Both the position numbers and the translations under genes were made by a program. The notes beneath the pieces were generated by a model that saw only the letters and a program-made list of their open reading frames with translations, made no database searches and was not told the DNA's origin. From NCBI RefSeq assembly GCF_900105015.1, contig NZ_FNLK01000015.1, positions 151,702-183,701 on the forward strand: DNA of 32,000 bases. The letters run 5' to 3'. Position 1 is the first letter of the stretch; the number at the start of each line of letters is the position of its first letter. Source of the stretch: Schaalia meyeri (GTDB lineage Bacteria > Actinomycetota > Actinomycetes > Actinomycetales > Actinomycetaceae). Below, piece by piece: positions 1 to 7,938 of the stretch.

Positions 1-487
1 TCCGTTGGAGGAGGCCAGCGCGTATCAGCAGCTCATGGCGGATTTCGGTGCGACTCAGGAGGAGCTGGCAAAAAGGATCGCACGCTCACGCCCGCAGATT
101 GCCAATACTCTGCGCCTTCTGAAACTGCCGCCGTCCGTCCAAAAGAAGGTGGCCGCGCAGGTGATCACCGCGGGACATGCCCGCGCCCTGCTGGCCCTGC
201 CCAGCCCCCAGGAGATGGAACGGTTGGCGGAGCGTATCGTAGCGGAGGGGCTCTCGGTGCGTACCACCGAGGAGATCGCCCGCCTGGGTAAGGTGAAGGC
301 TGCCTCGCGCCCGCGCCCCCGCCAGCAGCGCCCGCTGTCGCCGCTGGGGGAGAGCGTCGTGTCTGCCCTATCCGACGCCTACGATACGCGCGTGTCCATC
401 ACCGAGGGGCGCAAGAAGGGGCGAATCGTCATCGAATTCGCCGGCGCAGATGACCTCCAGCGGATTGCGGATCTCATTCTGCGCTGA
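1..487 (+). CDS. parB: Chromosome partitioning protein ParB, C-terminal part (5' end cut by window edge)
   Basis: The ORF is open to the window edge. The translation ...YQQLMADFGATQEELAKRIARSRPQIANTLRLLKLPPSVQKKV...AGHARALL matches the ParB HTH/DNA-binding core. Three consensus parS sites lie downstream in the window. Confidence 0.85.
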   Translation, partial: PLEEASAYQQLMADFGATQEELAKRIARSRPQIANTLRLLKLPPSVQKKVAAQVITAGHARALLALPSPQEMERLAERIVAEGLSVRTTEEIARLGKVKAASRPRPRQQRPLSPLGESVVSALSDAYDTRVSITEGRKKGRIVIEFAGADDLQRIADLILR

Positions 488-633
488 CTGAACTTTATAC
501 GTCTTTTCGCAGGTCAGGCGGGGTATGTTTCCAATCATACATTTTCCGCACTATTCTGCGATTCTTTCAACGCTTAGACTACTTCTACAGGGTCCGCCGG
601 TGGGCCCGCGCAGTACCAGAAGGAGCGAAAGGC

Positions 634-1263
634 ATGAACGCCCAAGGCAGTTCGCGCACCGTGCTTTTCGATGTCGGAGGGGTCCTGGTGGACTCTCACC
701 CCGATCCGCACATCATCGCCGAGATGCTTGGCGACGGCTCGCGTGCCTTGACGTCGCTGGTCGATCAGGCGATATGGACGCATCGAGGCGACTATGACGC
801 GGGCTTGCCGGATCGTGAGTTTTGGGATCGGATTGCGGGTGACTGCGGAAAGCCGGAGCCGACCAAGGAACTTTTGAGCGCTCTGGTGGCGCTGGACGCG
901 TCGCGCATGGCGACCGCAAACGGACAGACCCTGGGTCTGGTTCGTCAGTTGCGTCAGCAGGGCGTTCGCGTGGGTATCTTGTCGAACGCGCCCTATCCGA
1001 TTGCGAAGGCGATTCGGCGATCGGAGTGGGGCAGGCTCTTCGATTTCTTCTCCTTCTCCTGCGACTACGGAATCTGCAAGCCCGCGCGCGGCATCTATCG
1101 GGACGTCCTGCATCGCATCAACACGCCTTACGAACAGGTGGCGTTCATCGACGATCGGCGCGAAAACGTGCGCGCCGCCGAACTGATGGGGGTTCAGGGC
1201 ATCGTCTGGAAGGGCGTGGAGCATGCACGCGAGCGCTTGGAGCAGCTGGGATTCCTGGCCTAA
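634..1263 (+). CDS. HAD-superfamily hydrolase (phosphatase-like)
   Basis: 209-aa ORF with an SD-like gaaggag just upstream of the ATG. HAD-like motifs are present: LFDVGGVLVD, ILSNAP, FIDDRRENV. Confidence 0.75.
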   Translation: MNAQGSSRTVLFDVGGVLVDSHPDPHIIAEMLGDGSRALTSLVDQAIWTHRGDYDAGLPDREFWDRIAGDCGKPEPTKELLSALVALDASRMATANGQTLGLVRQLRQQGVRVGILSNAPYPIAKAIRRSEWGRLFDFFSFSCDYGICKPARGIYRDVLHRINTPYEQVAFIDDRRENVRAAELMGVQGIVWKGVEHARERLEQLGFLA

Positions 1264-1541
1264 CGCCCGGAAGGGCAGCTGCAGCCACGCGTCGCGGGCA
1301 CTACAGCTGTTTTGCCGCGTTTGAGGATATATCAGCGTTCATGGCATCCAGTCGGGCGACGTCGTTTGTCCCGTGCATCAGTCGGCCCAATCACGCATCG
1401 GATTCGCACCAGCGTTTCGCTCCGCACTGTCTCTCGCGTGGCGCACATTCTGTGCCTCGCTGCGACTCTGCTGCTCGAAAGCCCAGCTTCACGTGACTCG
1501 GGCAGCGCCCGGTGGGTTCCTCGGACTCTAATCAATCCCAT

Positions 1542-1557
1542 TGTTTCACGTGAAACA
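1542..1557. promoter_or_regulatory. parS: parS centromere-like site (perfect TGTTTCACGTGAAACA; 20-bp palindrome 1540-1559)
   Basis: Exact match to the canonical ParB-binding consensus tGTTtCACGTGAAACa. It sits in the convergent intergenic region between the HAD gene and ddl, 1 kb from parB. Confidence 0.85.
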
Positions 1558-1632
1558 ATGAGCCCGCCGGGAGGATGTATCCCCCGGCGGGCCCCAAGTC
1601 TGTCGGGCGTCAAACTACCCTCTCCGCCGTTC

Positions 1633-2643
1633 TTACTGTGCGTCCTCCTGGGAGTCAGCCACGGCCCGGTCGGCATCCTGGGGATCTGAGGAGACCACGC
1701 GGCCGGCGGCGACGAAATCAACGATGTCGGCGCACAGATGGGCGAAGGAGGAATCGTTGAGCGCGTTAGCTGCCTGAGGCAGGAGCGAGGTGTCCGTCAT
1801 GCCGGGGGCAACGTTCGCGTCGATGAACCAGCAGGTTCCCTCACGGTCAACCACGAAGTCCATGCGCGACAGGTCGCGCAGACCCAGGGTTGTGTGGGCC
1901 TCGACCGCTGCGGCCTGCAGGTCTGCGAGCGTTTCCTCGGATAAACGGGCGGGGACAAAGTACTCGGTTTCGTCGGTCGTGTAACGGGCGTCGTAGTCGT
2001 AACGGCCACCGTCCGTAGAAATCTCGACGGGGGGCAGGGCGATGGGCCCGTCACTCAGATCGATCACGGAGACGGCGACATCGCGCCCGTCGATGCGCTG
2101 CTCGACCATGAGCCGCTGCCCATAAGCGAAGGCATCCACCATCGAGCGACGCAGCTGGTTTGCGTCGTGCGCCGTCGAAATGCCCAGCGCCGAGCCACCA
2201 TCCGTGGGCTTAATGACGACGGGGAAGGACACGGAATCCTCCAGGGCGCTGAGCACGTTGGATGCCCCCAGCTGGCGGAAAATTGCCTGCGGAAGCGTCA
2301 CCCACCCCGGCGTCGCCATGCCGGCAGAACCCAGCAGTGCCTTCGCGGTGGGCTTGTTCGAGGCAAGCATGGCCTGAACGGACGAAGAACCCACGAAGGG
2401 GATGCCGACGGACTCCAAGAACGACTGCAGGGAGCCGTCCTCGCCGATCGAACCGTGCACCAGGGGCCACACGACGTCGGGTGCGAAAGATCTAATTGCC
2501 TCGCTCAGCGAGGCGTTGACGTCGGAGCGCATGACCTCGTAGCCGAATTGAGTAAGGATATTGGCGACGCGGCGACCCGAACGGACCGACACGTCACGCT
2601 CGTGAGTAAGTCCGCCGGCGATGATGAGAACTTTCGTGGCCAT
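1633..2643 (-). CDS. ddl: D-alanine--D-alanine ligase
   Basis: 336-aa ORF. The N-terminus MATKVLIIAGGLTHERDVSVRSGRRV and the ATP-grasp body are typical of Ddl. Confidence 0.85.
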   Translation of the reverse strand: MATKVLIIAGGLTHERDVSVRSGRRVANILTQFGYEVMRSDVNASLSEAIRSFAPDVVWPLVHGSIGEDGSLQSFLESVGIPFVGSSSVQAMLASNKPTAKALLGSAGMATPGWVTLPQAIFRQLGASNVLSALEDSVSFPVVIKPTDGGSALGISTAHDANQLRRSMVDAFAYGQRLMVEQRIDGRDVAVSVIDLSDGPIALPPVEISTDGGRYDYDARYTTDETEYFVPARLSEETLADLQAAAVEAHTTLGLRDLSRMDFVVDREGTCWFIDANVAPGMTDTSLLPQAANALNDSSFAHLCADIVDFVAAGRVVSSDPQDADRAVADSQEDAQ

Positions 2644-2665
2644 GGGTGGTTTCTCCTAACGTTAC

Positions 2666-3994
2666 CTAGCGGGTCGAGGCGGCCCCGGCCTCGTCGATTG
2701 AGGCGGTTCCAAACATGTCGACGATGTCCTTTTCGGTATTGACGACAGTTGACAGGCGGCGCACGCCCTCGCGGATCTCCTCGGGCGTCGGGTAGCAGAA
2801 CGACAGGCGCATGTGGTTCGATCCTTGGCCGTCGTAGAAAAAGGCCGTGCCCGACACGTAGGCCACCTGAGCACGGACGGCGCGCGGCAGCATGGCCTTT
2901 GCGTTGAGGCCGTCGGGCAGGGTCACCCACGTGTAGAAGCCCCCGTCGGGGACCGTCCACGTGCACGAGGGCATGAACTCTTCCAGCGAGGCGAGCATGG
3001 CACGGCAGCGCTCGGCGTACATTGAGCGGAAGGACTTCACCTGGCCGTACCAGTCGTAGCTGCTCAAGTAGTCGGCGATCGTCATCTGGCCGACCATCGA
3101 TGGGCACAGGATCGCGGACTCCAACGCCAGGACCAGCTTGGCGCGGATCGCGTGCGGCGCGTACGCCCAGCCGATGCGGAAGCCCGGCGCAAACATCTTG
3201 GAGAAGGAACCCAGATAGACAACGCCCTCGGGGCTGTACGAGGCGATGGCCGGCAGCGGGTCGCTGTGAAAGCCCAGCAGGCCGTAGGGGTTGTCCTCGA
3301 CGATGAGGATGTGTTCGCGCAGGCAGATGTCCGCGATGATCGGGCGGCGCTGCGCGGAAAGGGTGACGCCGGCGGGATTGTGGTAGTTCGGGATGATGTA
3401 GATGAACTTGATCGTCCGGCCGCTGGCGCGCACGTCGCGAATGGTATCGACGAGGGCCTCGGGGATGATCCCGTCCTCGTCCATGGGCACGTGGACGACG
3501 TCGGCCTGGCGCGCACGGAAGACGCCGAGGGCGCCCACGTAGGAGGGCGCCTCCGCGAGAACGACGTCGCCGGGGTTGACGAATAGCTCGGTGACAATGT
3601 CGAGGGCCTGCTGGCTGCCCGTCGTGACGACCACATCGTCAGGGTCGGCGCCAACGATGCCGTCGTAGCCCATGACCTCGGTGATGCGTTCGCGCAGCAC
3701 CTCCCAGCCCTGCCCGCTGCCGTATTGCATGGCCTTTGCCCCGTGGTTGCGGATGAGCTTCTCCGCGGAGGCGGCCAAGCTGTCCAGCGGCAGGTCCTTC
3801 AGGTTCGGCATTCCTCCCGCCAGTGAGACGACCTCGGGCCGAGAAACCACGGAAAAGAGCGCGCGGATCTCGGAGGCACGCAGGTTGTGGGCGCGGTCCG
3901 CGTAGACGTCATACCAGGGATCGAGTCGGTTACCGTGCGAGGGCGCCTTCCCGGATGAGGCCGGGGTCGCTCCGTGCGATGAGGGCTGAGTCAA
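2666..3994 (-). CDS. PLP-dependent aminotransferase, class I/II fold
   Basis: 442-aa ORF ending 22 nt upstream of ddl, so probably in the same operon. It carries the motifs IPNYHNPAGVTL and GSFSKMFAPGFRIGW (SxSK PLP-lysine motif). Confidence 0.8.
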   Translation of the reverse strand: MTQPSSHGATPASSGKAPSHGNRLDPWYDVYADRAHNLRASEIRALFSVVSRPEVVSLAGGMPNLKDLPLDSLAASAEKLIRNHGAKAMQYGSGQGWEVLRERITEVMGYDGIVGADPDDVVVTTGSQQALDIVTELFVNPGDVVLAEAPSYVGALGVFRARQADVVHVPMDEDGIIPEALVDTIRDVRASGRTIKFIYIIPNYHNPAGVTLSAQRRPIIADICLREHILIVEDNPYGLLGFHSDPLPAIASYSPEGVVYLGSFSKMFAPGFRIGWAYAPHAIRAKLVLALESAILCPSMVGQMTIADYLSSYDWYGQVKSFRSMYAERCRAMLASLEEFMPSCTWTVPDGGFYTWVTLPDGLNAKAMLPRAVRAQVAYVSGTAFFYDGQGSNHMRLSFCYPTPEEIREGVRRLSTVVNTEKDIVDMFGTASIDEAGAASTR

Positions 3995-4089
3995 GGGCGT
4001 GCCATCCTTTGTGTGAAGTCGCGTTATCCGTATAGGTCAAGTGTGCCACTTTCTGGGTCACGCGTGGTGTTGGGGTGGGGATGGGCAGA

Positions 4090-4105
4090 TGTTTCACGTG
4101 AAACA
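4090..4105. promoter_or_regulatory. parS: parS centromere-like site (perfect TGTTTCACGTGAAACA)
   Basis: Exact 16-bp consensus in the intergenic region upstream of the aminotransferase gene. Confidence 0.85.
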
Positions 4106-4391
4106 ATCGCGCCCGCGCCCCGCCTGATGCCCGGCCGTCGCCTGGCCTGTGTTGCTGTGGTATGGCTTCGTTGTGTGCCCGCGGGCGGGCAGGCCGCGAG
4201 ATCGCCACCCGTGTCCGAGCTGGGAGGGATCGATTTCGAAGCCCGGCCAGGCCTGTGGCAGCCTGTATCGGGACGTGCTGTGTTGTGGGTGAAAACAGGT
4301 GACGAGTGCTTCGATCGTGCTACCATCAGAGGCAGCAAAGCCAGCCGTTGACCCTCCGCCGATATGGAGATGCCGATGACTGGCTTTTTAT

Positions 4392-4643
4392 ATGTCGAGG
4401 AGTAGCAACGTGGCTATTTTTACTGAACGAACGGCAATCCTTGTTGATGGTGGCTTCTACCGCATTCGTGCGCGGAATCTATTCGGTGACAAGAGCCCTG
4501 AAGAACGAGCAGACGAGCTCTTCGCCTATTGTTTGCGTCATCTCGACAAGGGGAAAACGCCGGATGACTCACCGAAATCTCCTCGGAACACTCCTTCTAT
4601 CCACAAGCTCCGCCTGCGGTGCCACGGTGGGATAGCAGGGTAG
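4392..4643 (+). pseudogene. Possible truncated or frameshifted NYN/PIN-like domain gene remnant
   Basis: The 83-aa ORF begins ...RTAILVDGGFYRIRARNLFG..., resembling the N-terminal Asp-containing strand of NYN-domain proteins. It stops after ~80 codons. A plausible continuation (..FYPQAPP..) lies in another frame. The local GC looks lower than the surroundings. Confidence 0.3.
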
Positions 4644-5277
4644 GGGAGGTGTGCTTGTGGGTCGCGCCTCGTGAATGGACCATGCGCTCCTGGATAGGTT
4701 GGTATCCACGAGCACGGTTCCTGCCCAGTCACCAACTGACCATGACGACGACTCCCAGTTCACGAGCAGCGATCTCGCCGATACGCCACCCGTGTTCGGG
4801 CTGGTCCGGGTGCGCGCATGGCGCGTTGAAACCGGCGTCGCCCCTGCGCGGGTGAGAAGACTCAAACTGGGGACTTTGGGGCGTGCTGGGGTGGTGCCAG
4901 TTTCATACGTTTGCTGGTTTGCGCTCGCGGGGGTGGCGTGGGTGTCATGCGTGGGGCGGCGGTGCCGTGTTGGGGGTGGTGCCTGTACCGCGAGGCTGTG
5001 GAGGAATGGGAGCAGGTGGCAACAGCGTCTTTTCTGTCTCGAGGATGCAGATAGCTGACTGCGGATCGTGCCAGGGCTGGGGAGTGGGCGCGGAGGCGTG
5101 GGCGGTGAGCTGGCTGTCGTGCTTGGGTGTGGCCGGCGCTCGTTGGGGGTGAGTGCCAGTTGCTTGGGCGGGGATGCGTGTGAAAGGAGAAGTGGCGATC
5201 AGCATCTATATACAAGAAGTCCGCAGCCCCGTGGGGTCTGCGGACTTGCGTGCTACGTTGGCGGCGCCGGAAAAATC

Positions 5278-5376
5278 TCAGTGACGGTCGGTCTTACGGA
5301 AACGCTTCGTCTCGGCGAGCTCGTTGATCTGATCAATGTGGGCCTGGGCGACCATGATGTCGATGGTAGAGAACAT
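5278..5376 (-). CDS. Candidate small ORF (32 aa, MFSTIDIMVAQAHIDQINELAETKRFRKTDRH), unknown function
   Basis: Not in the ORF track because it is under 60 aa. A strong SD (AGGAGG) lies ~7 nt upstream of the ATG on the minus strand. A GC-rich hairpin (5221-5243) follows the stop. No family was recognised. Confidence 0.3.
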   Translation of the reverse strand: MFSTIDIMVAQAHIDQINELAETKRFRKTDRH

Positions 5377-5499
5377 GTTTTGCTCCTCCTGGGATTGTAT
5401 CGTGGGTTGTATCCCTGTTTGACGAGGCCGGGGATCAACCGGCGGGCCTCGTACGCGGAGTGTGCCAACGCGGGTTGCGTCGGCGCGACCCTGCGTGTT

Positions 5500-5547
5500 T
5501 CAAACAAGAAAAGCGCCCGACGAGCTTGGCAGCTGTGTCAGGCGCTT
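5500..5547 (-). terminator. Intrinsic-terminator-like hairpin with T-tract (minus strand), no obvious upstream gene
   Basis: On the minus strand the sequence reads AAGCGCC-(23-nt partly self-pairing loop)-GGCGCTT followed by TTTCTTGTTTG. No ORF of 60 aa or more ends here. Confidence 0.45.
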
Positions 5548-5864
5548 GATGGTTATAGCCTATCCCTTTCAGTCCGGACAATCAACCGTGCGGACAGTAA
5601 GATGCATCGCACGAAAAACCAAGTGATTGCAAAGAAAAGTGGCCGTCTACACTAAGGTGAGCGGTGCGTGCGGGAGCGGCCACGCTGCGTCGTTGCGGTG
5701 CGGAGTATTCGGGCGATAAATAAGTTATTTCGCACCGTTTCTTTATTGTACGTAACAGTTCATCATGCGGGGCGGTCGGGTGGTGTCGGTCATGGATGTG
5801 GCGTGTGGTGAGGGGTCGATCGCGTGGTATCTCCACTTCGAGCAAGGTTTCGGGTGCTAGAACT

Positions 5865-5893
5865 TTGCAGCCCGGGGTGAGCAGGCATAGAAT
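5865..5893 (+). promoter_or_regulatory. Putative promoter of the anchored-repeat transporter operon (-35 TTGCAG, 17-nt spacer, -10 TAGAAT)
   Basis: TTGCAG lies at 5865-5870 and TAGAAT at 5888-5893, ~55 nt upstream of the ATG at 5947. It is an AT-rich island in GC-rich DNA. Confidence 0.45.
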
Positions 5894-5910
5894 GATAACG
5901 ATTCTCATTC
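5888..5910. promoter_or_regulatory. Fur-family (Zur/Fur-like) operator candidate overlapping the -10
   Basis: tAGAATGATAACGATTCTCATTC contains nested palindromes AGAAT-N7-ATTCT and GAATGA-N9-TCATTC. By my count it matches 14 of 19 positions of the classical Fur box GATAATGATAATCATTATC. It lies directly upstream of a TroA/ZnuA-type metal transporter. Confidence 0.45.
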
Positions 5911-5946
5911 AATACTCACGTGCGACGCACCTAGAGGACGAGTTCA

Positions 5947-7938
5947 ATGAACCCCACGATGCACCGGAGCCCGGGCCGCCAAGCCGCCCGGGCCTTTGCC
6001 GCGATGGCCCTCGCGGCCACGTCTTTCCTGGTCCCCGGAGTGGCCCAGGCTGAGGGCGAGGCAACCGCAGGCCCCGATACGGCCACTCAAACAGAGGGCA
6101 CCACCTTAGATGCCGCGACGGCCAACACGACGGAAGACAACGCCGCGGCAAACCCCGAAACACCCGCGGCCGAGCCGACCGCCATCACATCCTGCGAGGC
6201 TATGCGCGCCGCCCCCCAGGGCACCACCGCGACCCTCGACCGTGGACACGCGGACATCTTCGACCTGACCTCCGACGCAAGCGGAGCGCTCACACTGCGC
6301 ATCAAAGAGGACGCGACCGGCAGCGGCGTTCTGCGCGAACCTGAACAGACCCTGCTGGCAGTCTCGAAATCAACCCTCACCCAGATCCCGACCGAAATCA
6401 GCAAGGCCACCGGAGCACCCAGCTCCGCCTACCTGCTCGGCCAGTCGGGCGACAACCAGGCGACGGTCCTGTGGCCCGGATGGGACACGCTGGGCATCAC
6501 AGCTGGCGGCTACGACGCGGCACGCTTCCACGTCACCTACTCCGGCCCGCGCGACGGTCGCATCTACGCCTTCACCTCCGGCTTGAGCGGGAATGCGCAG
6601 GCGGTCACCGCCGACCACAGCTTCGACCTGGCCCCGGAAGGCGACGACATCGACCAGCCCTACCCCGCGCACAAGCACGTCAACTGGCTCTTCACGCGTG
6701 CCGGCCGCTACGTTCTCACCGTCCAGGCGGGCGCCTGGGCCAAGGGGGCCACCGGGGCACCAACCGCCCAGAGCGTCGCGCACACCTACACGATCGACGT
6801 GGCCGACGAGGCCTCGTGCGTCTCCGACGCCGCCCAGGGGCCCAACGCCAACCGGCCCGGCACCAACCCCTCCACCCCCGGCGCTAACCAGGGCGGGTCG
6901 AACTCGACCGCCGACCAGGGACAGGCTCAAAACACCGATTCCGGCGCAAGCGGTGGCGGCGCCACCGACAACCCCCCGAACACATCGGGCGGTGCCACGA
7001 CCGGTGGCAAAACCCCCACCACTCAGACACCCCGAGGCTCGAGCGGCGGCGGCGCCGAACGCTGCGTCGCCACCCGCATCACCCGCGAGGCCACGGAAGC
7101 AGAGGCCGCCACCCTGGCCTCGTCGAAAGCACCCGCGAACACCGCCCGCACCAAGCTGACCTTCAGCGTCGGCGAGGGCGCCTCCGGAAACGCGACAGAC
7201 GGACACTTCGACCTGGGGCCCGCGATCGAGAACGGAACCCTCGTCGCCCGCATCAAGGACGACCGCTCGCAGCCCGCCCAGTGGGTCGATCCCTCGTCCC
7301 TGACCTTCGCCCTCGGAGACGCCGCACGCATCAGCGCGCCCGCAGACCTTAGCTTCGTCGCCTCCGCCGGATCCAACGTCTGGCTCATCCCCTCCACCCA
7401 GATCGCGGGCGTCCCGTGGCTGGGCCTGAACTCCCAGCGCGAAGAAATCGTCACCGGCACCACCGGGGGCGTCCAATTCAGCCTCGACGCCGTCGAAGGA
7501 CCCGGACGCGTCGCCGTCTTCAACGCGGGAGCACTGGGATCCGGCGTCGGCGAGCACGTCTTCGACGGCCCCGGCTCCACCTACACGCTCGGCGCCAACA
7601 CGCACGCCCACCAGAACTGGGTGTTTACCGCGCCTGGAACCTACACGCTCACCATCTCCATGCGCGTCACCCCCAACGGCGCCGCCCTGTCCGGCAGCGG
7701 CTTCGGCAGCGGCGGGGAGCTCACCGCCACCGGTGCCCTGGGTCCGAACGGACGTCCCATGGTCTCCCAGGTCGTCGGCCGCACCGCATCCGGTAAAGAC
7801 TGCGATCTGTCCCTGGCCACCACCGGCGCCGACACCATCCCCCTGGCCGTCGTGTCCCTCACGTGGGCCCTCACAGGCGCGGCCTGCGTGTGGGTGGGCG
7901 CCATCGGCCGCCGACGCCTCGAGCGTGCCAAGTCGTGA
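5947..7938 (+). CDS. Cell-wall-anchored surface protein with two 'actinobacterial surface-anchored' (TIGR03769-like) repeat domains and an LAxTG sorting signal
   Basis: 663 aa with signal peptide ...AAMALAATSFLVPGVAQAEG. Two copies of the H-x-H-x-NW-x-F-x-x-x-G-x-Y motif are present (HKHVNWLFTRAGRYVLTV, HAHQNWVFTAPGTYTLTI). They are separated by a Gly/Ser/Thr/Pro linker. The C-terminus reads LATTG + hydrophobic segment + RRRLERAKS, a class E sortase-type signal. Confidence 0.8.
   Translation: MNPTMHRSPGRQAARAFAAMALAATSFLVPGVAQAEGEATAGPDTATQTEGTTLDAATANTTEDNAAANPETPAAEPTAITSCEAMRAAPQGTTATLDRGHADIFDLTSDASGALTLRIKEDATGSGVLREPEQTLLAVSKSTLTQIPTEISKATGAPSSAYLLGQSGDNQATVLWPGWDTLGITAGGYDAARFHVTYSGPRDGRIYAFTSGLSGNAQAVTADHSFDLAPEGDDIDQPYPAHKHVNWLFTRAGRYVLTVQAGAWAKGATGAPTAQSVAHTYTIDVADEASCVSDAAQGPNANRPGTNPSTPGANQGGSNSTADQGQAQNTDSGASGGGATDNPPNTSGGATTGGKTPTTQTPRGSSGGGAERCVATRITREATEAEAATLASSKAPANTARTKLTFSVGEGASGNATDGHFDLGPAIENGTLVARIKDDRSQPAQWVDPSSLTFALGDAARISAPADLSFVASAGSNVWLIPSTQIAGVPWLGLNSQREEIVTGTTGGVQFSLDAVEGPGRVAVFNAGALGSGVGEHVFDGPGSTYTLGANTHAHQNWVFTAPGTYTLTISMRVTPNGAALSGSGFGSGGELTATGALGPNGRPMVSQVVGRTASGKDCDLSLATTGADTIPLAVVSLTWALTGAACVWVGAIGRRRLERAKS

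Noticed and set aside
1485-1500. Fourth, degenerate parS-like site AGCTTCACGTGACTCG
   Set aside because: Only the central TTCACGTGA core matches. There are four mismatches to the 16-bp consensus, including in both arms, so it is too weak to call.
3930-4338. ORFs containing FHVKH / VSRET peptides (3930..4208(-), 4024..4338(-), and likewise around 1540 and 12911)
   Set aside because: These peptides are simply translations of the palindromic parS sequence GTTTCACGTGAAAC in either direction. They are not genes.
5582-5908. 108-aa minus-strand ORF upstream of the transporter operon
   Set aside because: It has an odd composition and no RBS, and it spans the putative promoter and operator and the terminator-like hairpins. 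It is more likely non-coding.
7863-7934. Upstream extension of the substrate-binding protein ORF (track start 7863)
   Set aside because: It would overlap the preceding gene by 76 nt. GTG 7935 gives a GTGA stop/start overlap and still precedes the lipoprotein signal peptide.
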